From IMG/VR virus record IMGVR_UViG_3300047652_000066, positions 1 through 55,356 of that record: 55,356 nt of DNA; one strand, 5' to 3'. Position 1 is the stretch's first letter, and each line of letters starts with the position of its first letter. The translations under genes and the position numbers were made by a program. Source of the DNA: a virus (Duplodnaviria; Caudoviricetes). This document shows positions 35,948 through 44,283 of the stretch, one piece after another. Below the pieces are notes generated by a model. That model was given only the letters and a program-made list of their open reading frames with translations. It did no database searches and was not told where the DNA came from.

Positions 35948-37888
35948 ATGACGCTTAAACGCGCATGTGTCCTCATGACAGTCAAGGCCGTGAATGAAGA
36001 CGAGCGGGTTATCACCGGTATTGCGTCAACACCATCGCCTGATCGTGATGGAGACATTATGGAGCCGGATGGGGCAAAAATTCAGAGTGACACCCCATTT
36101 CTTTGGCAACATGACAGTACCCAGCCTATTGGCAGTTGTGCAGTAAAGATGGTGAAGGATGGTCTGCAGATCATCGCCAAATTGGTTGCGCCGACTCCCG
36201 ACATGCCATCCCAACTGGCTGCACGCCTTGATGAAGCATGGTTCTCCATAAAGACAGCTCTGGTGAGTGGGTTGTCTATCGGATTCCGGCCTATCGAATA
36301 TGCATTCATTGATGGTGGTGGCGTCCGGTTTCTATCCTGGGATTTGCTGGAGGTATCTGCGGTAACTATTCCGGCCAATGCCGAATGCACCATCCAGACT
36401 GTTAAATCTTTTGATCGCCAGATTCTCGCCGCGTCCGGCAATAAACATCCGGTGGTCAAAAGTGTCCTCCCTGCTGGCGTTTCAGCAACAAAACCTATTG
36501 AAAATAAAGGATTTAGTATGAACATTGCAGAACAAATCAAAAGTTTTGAGGCGAAACGATCAGCGCTGGCGGCTTCCCTTGACACTATCATGTCCAAGGC
36601 CGGCGACGAGGGTCGTACCCTTGATACTGAAGAGGAAGAACAATACGAACAATACTCGTCGGAAGTTAAATCCGTTGATATACATCTGAAAAGACTCCAT
36701 GAAATGGAATCGGCCCAGGCATTGACGGCTAAACCCGTATCCAAAGTGGCAGGAAATGGCGAAGTGACAACCATTGAAACTCGCGCCCCGGGTATTATTC
36801 GTGCTGAGAAGAAGTTGGATAAGGGGATCGGCTTTGCCCGTTTCGCAAAAGCGCTGGCCGCTGCGCGCGGTAGTCGCAGTGAAGCACTGGAAGTTGCAAA
36901 AGCCTATTATCCGGACGATGCAAAACTCCACCATGTGTTGAAAGCGGCCATAGCTGCTGGTTCAACAACCGATCCCACCTGGGCCGGAAATTTGGTTGAG
37001 TATCAGGAATACACCAGTGATTTTGTGGATTTCTTACGCCCGCAGACCATTATTGGCCGGTTTGGCTTGGGTGGTATTCCCAGTTTGCGCGCTGTTCCCT
37101 TCAATATTCGTATTCCTGCGCAAACATCTGGCGGTTCGGCGAGTTGGGTAGGGGAAGGTAAGCCTAAGCCTCTGACCAAATTCGATTTTGATAATATTAC
37201 GTTCACTTGGGCAAAAGTGGCCACAATCGCTGTGCTTACCGATGAATTGGTACGCTTCTCCAATCCAGCCGCCGATGTGCTTGTTCGTAATGCCCTGGCA
37301 GAAGCCATTATCGCGCGTTTAGATACTGATTTTGTTGATCCCGGGAAAGCTGCCGTTGTCGGTGTTTCTCCTGCATCTATCACGAATGGTATTGACGGTA
37401 TTCCCTCAACTGGCAATCCCGATGATGATGCTACTGCTGCTTTCGATCAGTTTGTTACGGCTGATTTGCAGCCCACAGGTGCAGTATGGCTCATGTCAAG
37501 CACCAACGCTCTGGCACTATCCATGCGGAAAAATGCGCTCGGGCAGAAAGAATATCCGGACATGACCCTGATGGGTGGGACCTTCCAAGGGTTACCCGCT
37601 ATCGTTTCCCAATATGTCAGTAGTCTGTTGGTATTGGTCAACGCGCCCGATATTTATCTGGCGGATGATGGCGGTGTTGCTGTTGATGCTTCGCGCGAAG
37701 CATCCCTGGAGATGGTCGATAACCCGACTCAGGATGGCAATACTGGCACCGGAGCACAAATGGTGTCGATGTTCCAAACCAATAGCGTGGCCATTCGTGC
37801 AGAACGTTGGATCAATTGGAAACGCCGCCGCAACGCTGCCGTGGCGGTTATTACCGGCGTCAATTACAGTTCCCACCAGACCAGCTGA
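35948..37888 (+). CDS. Fused HK97-type prohead protease and major capsid protein
   Basis: LWQH, GLSIGF, LEVSAVTIPAN, then coiled-coil delta domain and HK97 fold (WVGEG.PKP). Confidence 0.92.
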   Translation: MTLKRACVLMTVKAVNEDERVITGIASTPSPDRDGDIMEPDGAKIQSDTPFLWQHDSTQPIGSCAVKMVKDGLQIIAKLVAPTPDMPSQLAARLDEAWFSIKTALVSGLSIGFRPIEYAFIDGGGVRFLSWDLLEVSAVTIPANAECTIQTVKSFDRQILAASGNKHPVVKSVLPAGVSATKPIENKGFSMNIAEQIKSFEAKRSALAASLDTIMSKAGDEGRTLDTEEEEQYEQYSSEVKSVDIHLKRLHEMESAQALTAKPVSKVAGNGEVTTIETRAPGIIRAEKKLDKGIGFARFAKALAAARGSRSEALEVAKAYYPDDAKLHHVLKAAIAAGSTTDPTWAGNLVEYQEYTSDFVDFLRPQTIIGRFGLGGIPSLRAVPFNIRIPAQTSGGSASWVGEGKPKPLTKFDFDNITFTWAKVATIAVLTDELVRFSNPAADVLVRNALAEAIIARLDTDFVDPGKAAVVGVSPASITNGIDGIPSTGNPDDDATAAFDQFVTADLQPTGAVWLMSSTNALALSMRKNALGQKEYPDMTLMGGTFQGLPAIVSQYVSSLLVLVNAPDIYLADDGGVAVDASREASLEMVDNPTQDGNTGTGAQMVSMFQTNSVAIRAERWINWKRRRNAAVAVITGVNYSSHQTS

Positions 37889-37925
37889 TAATCAAATGGA
37901 GGGCGGGGGATACCCCGCCATTTTT

Positions 37926-38105
37926 ATGGCAAATATCAGATATCTGCAGCATACATTTAACGCCTGTCCTGGCAACACAAAAAGGGTTGATGATCGTTGT
38001 GCCCGGGTGCTGGTTTTGCTGGGAAAGGCTGAGTATGCCGATGACGAGCCTCTCCAGGCTCCAGTTCGGCGTGGCAGGGGACGAAAACGTGCGGGGAATG
38101 GCTAA
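37926..38105 (+). CDS. Small head-associated protein
   Basis: MANIRYLQ...ARVLVLLGKAEY; TAATG overlap with portal. Confidence 0.55.
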   Translation: MANIRYLQHTFNACPGNTKRVDDRCARVLVLLGKAEYADDEPLQAPVRRGRGRKRAGNG

Positions 38106-39475
38106 TGTGGAACCCGTTCCGGACAAAAGTAAAGTCGCTTCAGGCACCTGTGGACAATCGGGGTTGGTTTCCAATTGTTATTCATGAGTCATTCGCCGGC
38201 GCCTGGCAGCGCAATATCAAAGTTGATCGGCAGACAGTGCTGGCATATAACGCCGTTTTTGCCTGTATTTCTCTGATTGCCAATGATATTGCAAAAATGC
38301 CTATCCGGCTGATGGGGCAAGATTCAAACGGGATTTGGAAAGAAAATAAAAATGCTACCGGCGCTTCGATATTGCGCCGCCCTAATACTTTTCAGAACCG
38401 GATTCAATTTTATGAATGTTGGCTAAATTCGAAATTGGCATGGGGCAACACCTACATCCTGAAGATACGGGATAGCGCCAATGGGATCTTAGAATTTCGC
38501 ATTCTTGACCCAAATAAAGTAATGCCGCTTGTTTCTGATGATGGCGAAGTTTTCTACCAGATCAGCCCAGACAATATAGCTGGTGTGGAGAAACAAATCA
38601 TTGTACCGGCGCGCGAAATTATCCATGACCGTTTCAATTGCCTATATCATCCACTAATTGGACTATCACCCATTTATGCATGCGGACTATCCGCTATGCA
38701 GGGATACTATATTCAGAAAAATTCTGCTGCCTTCTTCAAGAACGGCGGTAAACCGAGTGGGGTAATCAGGGTTCCCGGAACGATCGACCCGGAGAAGGCG
38801 CGGGAAATCAAAGCGGCCTGGGAAACCAGTTATGGCGGCGAAAATTCAGGTAAAACAGCACTGATATCCGGTGGCGCTGACTATGTACCCATTTCAATGT
38901 CGGCGGTGGATGCGCAAACTGTTGAGCAACTGAAGATGACCGCAGAAATTGTCTGCTCAGTCTTTCATGTCGCTGCCTATAAGGTTGGCGCCGGAACGAT
39001 GCCGACACAAAACAATATTGAGGCATTGGAACTGCAATATTATTCGCAATGTCTCCAGACGCACATCGAATCGATTGAATTGCTGATGAGTGAAGCTTTT
39101 GACCTCGACGTGAACAGTGGCGTTAAGTTCGACGTTGACGTATTGCTGCGGATGGATACCCAGGGCCGCTATGCAACCTATAAAACGGCTGTTGGTAGTG
39201 CTGTAATGTCGCCGAATGAGGCAAGAAAAAAAGAAAATCTTCCGCCGGTACCTGGTGGCGAAAATCCATACCTTCAGCAGCAAAACTATAGCCTGGAAGC
39301 TCTGTCCCGCAGAGACGCAAAAAGCGATCCATTCACTAATACAAGTAATACTCCCGCTCCTGTGGAAACAGGGCAAGATCCTGATGCTGCCGAAGAAAAT
39401 GCTAATAAGGCTCTCAGCGATCATGAACTGTTTGCTGTAAAAGCGATGATGAAAGGACTGACAACCCATGAATGA
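38105..39475 (+). CDS. HK97-family portal protein
   Basis: VFACISLIANDIA.MP, GLSPI, FFKNGG.P.G, SPNEAR..ENLPP. Confidence 0.93.
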   Translation: MWNPFRTKVKSLQAPVDNRGWFPIVIHESFAGAWQRNIKVDRQTVLAYNAVFACISLIANDIAKMPIRLMGQDSNGIWKENKNATGASILRRPNTFQNRIQFYECWLNSKLAWGNTYILKIRDSANGILEFRILDPNKVMPLVSDDGEVFYQISPDNIAGVEKQIIVPAREIIHDRFNCLYHPLIGLSPIYACGLSAMQGYYIQKNSAAFFKNGGKPSGVIRVPGTIDPEKAREIKAAWETSYGGENSGKTALISGGADYVPISMSAVDAQTVEQLKMTAEIVCSVFHVAAYKVGAGTMPTQNNIEALELQYYSQCLQTHIESIELLMSEAFDLDVNSGVKFDVDVLLRMDTQGRYATYKTAVGSAVMSPNEARKKENLPPVPGGENPYLQQQNYSLEALSRRDAKSDPFTNTSNTPAPVETGQDPDAAEENANKALSDHELFAVKAMMKGLTTHE

Positions 39476-40502
39476 ACGCGAATTATCACTGATAAAAGCG
39501 ATTGGTGAGTCTGTCCGTGATCAGTTGCTGCTGGTGGAAAAACGCTTTGATGCTGCATTACAAGCGCATATTAAATCCATCCTAGAAATGAAGGCTGATT
39601 TAGAGCGGTCCATTTCTGAGTCACGTCCAGAACCTTTGCCAGATATCAATGCGTTGGTTTCTAAAGCGGTCGAGACATTACCGGCACCAAAAATGCCGCA
39701 ACTTCCCGATATCGATTCGATAGTCGCTGAAGCCATAGCCAAGTTACCCGCGCCGCAGGATGGCAAGAGTGTTTTGCCGGAGGATGTGCGCCCGATGCTG
39801 CAGGATATGGTGTCTGCCGCGGTGGCGGAAATCCCGGCGCCGGAAAACGGTAAAGATTTCGATCCGGACGCGCTTAAACAGGCTGTGGCCGAAGCTGTGG
39901 CTAAGCTTCCCCTGCCGCAGGATGGCAAGAGTGTTTTGCCGGAGGATGTGCGCCCGATGCTGCAGGATATGGTGTCTGCCGCGGTGACGGAAATCCCCGA
40001 TGTGAAAGAACTGGTAAATGAGGCGGTAAATGAGGCGGTAAATGCCATTCCGGCACCGGAGTCAGGTTCGCCCGGACGTGACGCATTACAAATTGAAATC
40101 CTTCCCTCTATTGATGAATCTAAGAGTTATCCACGCGGATCGTATGCCACCCACAACGGCGGATTGTGGCGCGCCTTTGAGAAAACCCATGAATTACGCG
40201 GTTGGGAATGCCTGGTTGATGGTGTGGCGGCCATTGATGTTGCCCGTGGTGATCAACGTAATTTTACAGTAACAGTCATGCGCTCTAGCGGTGCCAGCGA
40301 AATCAAGGCGTTTGATATTCCGGTACTGATATACCGCGGTGTATTTAAGGCAGATAAAACCTATCAGGCCGGCGACACGGTTACATGGGGCGGTTCGCTC
40401 TGGCATTGCGATGAGCCGACCGCAGATAAACCTGGGGAGATCGGCTCAAAGGGCTGGACGCTGGCAGCGAAGCGCGGGCGCGATGCGAGGAATAAAATAT
40501 GA
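39468..40502 (+). CDS. Head-associated protein with Pro-rich internal repeats
   Basis: (AV.KLP.PQDGKSV) repeats; C-terminal YRGVF...GDTVTWGGSLWHC. Confidence 0.7.
   Translation: MNERELSLIKAIGESVRDQLLLVEKRFDAALQAHIKSILEMKADLERSISESRPEPLPDINALVSKAVETLPAPKMPQLPDIDSIVAEAIAKLPAPQDGKSVLPEDVRPMLQDMVSAAVAEIPAPENGKDFDPDALKQAVAEAVAKLPLPQDGKSVLPEDVRPMLQDMVSAAVTEIPDVKELVNEAVNEAVNAIPAPESGSPGRDALQIEILPSIDESKSYPRGSYATHNGGLWRAFEKTHELRGWECLVDGVAAIDVARGDQRNFTVTVMRSSGASEIKAFDIPVLIYRGVFKADKTYQAGDTVTWGGSLWHCDEPTADKPGEIGSKGWTLAAKRGRDARNKI
39752..39986 (+). repeat. 73-bp exact direct repeat (39752-39824 and 39914-39986)
   Basis: GCCGCAGGATGGCAAGAGTG...GCCGCGGTG twice, offset 162 bp, in frame. Confidence 0.9.
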
Positions 40503-40825
40503 TTCAATTGGTATCTCTTGATGAAGCCAAAATGCATCTGCGCATAGATGACAATTATGGTGATCCTGATCTTCAGGGGAAAATTGACTCCGGGAGCGCG
40601 GCAATCCTCTCTTATATTCAGGGAAGCCGCGATAAGGTTGTTGGTGAAGATGGAATCTTGATACCCGGGGAGCCATTATCTCGCGTGAAAACGGCATTGC
40701 TGGTTTTATTGGGATATCTCGATCGCAATCGTGGAGGGGAAGAAGAGGAAAATCTGAAACAAGGTGAACTCCCTTTCTCAGTGACGATGCTTATCTATGA
40801 TCTCCGCCAACCCACAATTATCTAA
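40499..40825 (+). CDS. Head-tail connector (gp6-like)
   Basis: VSLDEAK.HLRID...A.L.L.G.L..NR. Confidence 0.88.
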   Translation: MIQLVSLDEAKMHLRIDDNYGDPDLQGKIDSGSAAILSYIQGSRDKVVGEDGILIPGEPLSRVKTALLVLLGYLDRNRGGEEEENLKQGELPFSVTMLIYDLRQPTII

Positions 40826-40895
40826 TGGTGAAATATGGCATGCGCAGGATGTGAACGTCGAAAGGCATGGCTGAAAAAGTGGATGAGGATAGCCT

Positions 40896-41096
40896 ATGAA
40901 CGAGCAACTGGTAAACGAGCTGATAGCGGCCCTGAAAGCCGAGACACAAGCAAAGATGGCTCAAACGGAAGCGATAAATCACCTCGCGGAATCCAATGAG
41001 GCATTGTGTGCCGTCATTATCGAATCATTGGCAGAAGATGAACCTGATGCAAAAGAAAAGCCGGGTAATTACCTCAGTGGCAAGGTGAGGGGTTAA
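40896..41096 (+). CDS. Hypothetical protein
   Basis: GAGGA RBS; coiled-coil. Confidence 0.6.
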   Translation: MNEQLVNELIAALKAETQAKMAQTEAINHLAESNEALCAVIIESLAEDEPDAKEKPGNYLSGKVRG

Positions 41097-41098
41097 TC

Positions 41099-41449
41099 AT
41101 GCAGTCCGGAAAGCTGCGCCATCGTATTACACCCCAGAAATTTGTCACAAATCAGGATCCCGAAACTGGAGCGCCCATAAAAACGTGGGTCAATCTGATT
41201 CAAACTACGCCAGACAATGGGATTTGGGCCGAAGTCTATCCGCTTTCGGCCAGGGAATTTATCGCGGCCCAGGCAACGCAGAATGAAATCACAACCCGGA
41301 TCACCATACGCCGACGCGATGATATTACCGCCCAATGTCGTATTTTATTCCGCGGAAAAATTTACAACATCGAAGGCATACTTCCCGATCCTGATAGCGG
41401 GTTGGAATATTTGACGCTTCCATGCTCCGAAGGGGTAAATGATGGCTGA
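41099..41449 (+). CDS. Head closure protein
   Basis: GKLRHRIT...WAEV.PLSAREF.AA. Confidence 0.88.
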   Translation: MQSGKLRHRITPQKFVTNQDPETGAPIKTWVNLIQTTPDNGIWAEVYPLSAREFIAAQATQNEITTRITIRRRDDITAQCRILFRGKIYNIEGILPDPDSGLEYLTLPCSEGVNDG

Positions 41450-41981
41450 TGGTCTAGACATCAATCTTACCGGGCTTGATTCTCTGGTTGCTAAAATGTC
41501 AGCGGCAACAGAGGCGACCCGGAGTCAGGCAGGAAAAAATGCGCTGAGAGCGGCCGCAAACATTATTCGTGACCGAGCCCGAAGTAACGCTCAGCAGGTG
41601 GACAGGCCCCAAACTCGTGAGGCCATTTATAAAAATATTGTGGCCGCTTGGAGCAGCAGAACATTTAGGCAAACGGGCAATCTCGCATTTCGTGTCGGCG
41701 TCATGGGGGGTGCCAGGCACTACGCGCCGACAAAAGAAAACATCCGCAAGGGGCGCGTAGGCAAGATATTTAAAACGAATGGAAATTCGACTAACCCTGG
41801 CGGCGATACGTTCTATTGGCGGTTTCTGGAATTTGGGACGCAACATGCTAAAGCACAGCCTATTTTGCGTCCAGCTATGAACGGCGCCGACATGGACGTA
41901 ATAAACGTTTTCGCCACTGAATTCGAGAAAGCTTTGGATGCGGCGATTACCCAGGGCAATACAGGAGGGAATGCGACGTGA
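41442..41981 (+). CDS. HK97 gp10-like tail protein
   Basis: YWRFLEFGT....AQP.LRPA. Confidence 0.88.
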   Translation: MADGLDINLTGLDSLVAKMSAATEATRSQAGKNALRAAANIIRDRARSNAQQVDRPQTREAIYKNIVAAWSSRTFRQTGNLAFRVGVMGGARHYAPTKENIRKGRVGKIFKTNGNSTNPGGDTFYWRFLEFGTQHAKAQPILRPAMNGADMDVINVFATEFEKALDAAITQGNTGGNAT

Positions 41982-42343
41982 TAGCACCAATCTTCCCCAT
42001 CTGTGCTGCTGATCCTACGGTAAAAAGTCTGCTGGGCGATTCTCCGGTCAGGCTATATCCATTCGATTTGCAGGATGACACGCCTGTTTACCCCTATGCC
42101 GTTTGGCAAAACATTGACGGCATGCCAGAAAATTATTTGGCTCAGCGGTCTGATACAGATCACTTCTCGCTGCAGGTTGATTGCTATGCAAAGACCCCAC
42201 AAGAGGTGATCGCTGTGGCAGAGGCTCTGCGTGATGCCATAGAGGGTTCGGCTTATATCACCCGGTTGGGTGACCAAACCCGTGATCCTGATACGAAGCT
42301 TTATCGATATTCGTTTGATGTAGATTTTATCGTCAAACGCTGA
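41978..42343 (+). CDS. Tail terminator (DUF3168)
   Basis: YPYAVWQ.I.G.PENYL...QVDCYA. Confidence 0.85.
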   Translation: MIAPIFPICAADPTVKSLLGDSPVRLYPFDLQDDTPVYPYAVWQNIDGMPENYLAQRSDTDHFSLQVDCYAKTPQEVIAVAEALRDAIEGSAYITRLGDQTRDPDTKLYRYSFDVDFIVKR

Positions 42344-42403
42344 AATTCCCGTTTTTCCCTCTATGCCGGCCAAGTGCCGGCTTTTTTATGACCGGAGATA
42401 ACC

Positions 42404-42895
42404 ATGTCTGTATTGACACAAGGCACTCAATTTTTTGTCCTCGCAAATGGTCTGATTCAGGAAGTGGAATGCATCACTTCCTTCACCCCTGGCGGTAACC
42501 CGGCAGATCAGATTGAAGATACCTGCTTAAGCGAGAAGAACAGCCGGACCTACAAAAAAGGACTTCGGACACCGGCATCCGCAACGGTGACTCTTAACGC
42601 CGATCCGACCAATGCCAGCCATCTTATGCTGCAGCAACTGGCGGAATCTGACGATGAAACGCTGTTAACGTTTGCTGTCGGCTGGGCAGATGGTGAGTCA
42701 TTACCGACCGTCGGCTCTGGCGAAGGGAATGTTGACGGGCTTACCCTTCCGTCCGATCGCACCTGGTTTGTGTTCAAGGGTTTTGTCACTGACTTCCCGT
42801 TTGATTTTGCGGCCAATGCCGTTGTGGCCACTTCGGCAACAATTCAGCGTTCCGGACAAAGTGTCTGGGTGCCAAAGGCCGAACAAACAAGCTGA
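42404..42895 (+). CDS. Major tail tube protein
   Basis: TQGTQ...ADQIEDTCL...GL.TP. Confidence 0.88.
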   Translation: MSVLTQGTQFFVLANGLIQEVECITSFTPGGNPADQIEDTCLSEKNSRTYKKGLRTPASATVTLNADPTNASHLMLQQLAESDDETLLTFAVGWADGESLPTVGSGEGNVDGLTLPSDRTWFVFKGFVTDFPFDFAANAVVATSATIQRSGQSVWVPKAEQTS

Positions 42896-42937
42896 TCTCC
42901 CCTGGTTTTCTCCCTTCAATAATGAGTCATGCATAAA

Positions 42938-43288
42938 ATGAAATTAACCCTCGAAAGTCTTAAAGAAAAAGGCGCCTTTACCGGGCGCCCGGTAGAAAAG
43001 GAAATTACCTGGAAACAGGGAGATGATGAATTTACCGCCACCGTGTTTATTCGTCCGCTGGGTTACCATTCTGCTAAATCTGACCTGCTGGCATTTGGCG
43101 GGAAAATAGATAACGTTGCCGGCCGTATTGCGGCGTCGGTGTGTGATGAGAATGGACATACGGTGTTTACGCTGGAAGATATCACTGGCGAGGCCGATCC
43201 CGAACGAGGTGCTCTGGACGGTAGCCTAACCATTGCCCTGCTGCTGGCTATTCAGGAGGTCAATGACCTGGGAAAAACGAAACACTAA
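42938..43288 (+). CDS. Tail assembly chaperone (G-like)
   Basis: Between tail tube and tape measure; ends with a slippery site. Confidence 0.85.
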   Translation: MKLTLESLKEKGAFTGRPVEKEITWKQGDDEFTATVFIRPLGYHSAKSDLLAFGGKIDNVAGRIAASVCDENGHTVFTLEDITGEADPERGALDGSLTIALLLAIQEVNDLGKTKH

Positions 43289-43587
43289 CCGCTGAGGACG
43301 AAATTTGGTGCGAGTTAGTGATGAACGGTATCGGCGGTCGTACAATTGCCGAGGCTCAGGAACGGATGAGCTTGCCAGAGTTCAGGATGTGGCTCAAATA
43401 CCGGCAAAAATATGGAAATCTGAATCCCATGATGCGTGTTGAGTGGGGCGCAGCCCTAATATCATCTGTGCTGGCCAATGTCAATCGTGGCAAAAACACC
43501 CCGGCATTCAGCGTGACAGATTTTGCGCCTCACATGGAGGATGCCGCACCGATCTCACTGGAAGAAGCCATGCAGGAATGGAGGTAA
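43270..43587 (+). CDS. -1 frameshift extension (GT-like chaperone)
   Basis: G GGA AAA at 43270-43276; -1 frame open as NETLTAEDEIWCELVMNGIGGRT... Confidence 0.8.
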   Translation, partial: GKNETLTAEDEIWCELVMNGIGGRTIAEAQERMSLPEFRMWLKYRQKYGNLNPMMRVEWGAALISSVLANVNRGKNTPAFSVTDFAPHMEDAAPISLEEAMQEWR

Positions 43588-43685
43588 CAATTTATCAATA
43601 TTATATGATGACTCCATTGGTTTAGCTTCCAATTGTGCATTTCCCGTATTAGGATGTAAAGAAATGTTACCAACGGAGATCAGTG

Positions 43686-44189
43686 ATGAAAAAAATCTAT
43701 TTAATTTATCTTTTTATCTTAACGCTGACTGGCTGTTCACAGATGATTGATGAACAAAATAGAAAAAATCAGAATGAAGTTGATAATATTGTTAATGATT
43801 GCCCAGTACAATCTACAATATCTCAATTGGATAATAAAACAGAAGGTGCATTTGCAGAAAAACTTGATTTTACTGCATTTCAAATAGAACAAATAAGAAA
43901 AACTAATTATTTGAAATATCAAACTCTTATGCTTTATATGGGTACGTTAGATATAACAAATGCTATGAAAAAGCTCTCTCAATGTGAAGTTTCTCAGGAA
44001 ATGCCAATAATTGAATCTGTAAAAAAAGATTTTGAGTCAATGAAATTATTAACAAAAAATCCACAGAAAAAATCTGCTTTGGTAGATGCGTATTCTTCTT
44101 GGCAGACATTTATTAGTTCCGATAAGTCTGAAAGTATACGCGCTAAATATGAAATGGAAAATGCAATAAATCGATACAAAAACATATAA
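43686..44189 (+). CDS. AT-rich lipoprotein moron
   Basis: MKKIYLIYLFILTLTGC lipobox; terminator 44197-44218. Confidence 0.8.
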   Translation: MKKIYLIYLFILTLTGCSQMIDEQNRKNQNEVDNIVNDCPVQSTISQLDNKTEGAFAEKLDFTAFQIEQIRKTNYLKYQTLMLYMGTLDITNAMKKLSQCEVSQEMPIIESVKKDFESMKLLTKNPQKKSALVDAYSSWQTFISSDKSESIRAKYEMENAINRYKNI

Positions 44190-44283
44190 TCAATCGAACC
44201 CGCATACGCGGGTTTTTTATTGTTAATGTAAATCAAAACTATCTTAGAAAAGGTAGCTTTGTTGCATTCATTCTGGAGTTTAT

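Noticed and set aside
36082-36774. Long antisense ORFs (also 39521-40048, 51367-52086 and others)
   Set aside because: Shadows of well-supported plus-strand structural genes
39752-39986. DGR template/variable repeat
   Set aside because: Copies are identical, in frame in one gene, and no reverse transcriptase is present in the window
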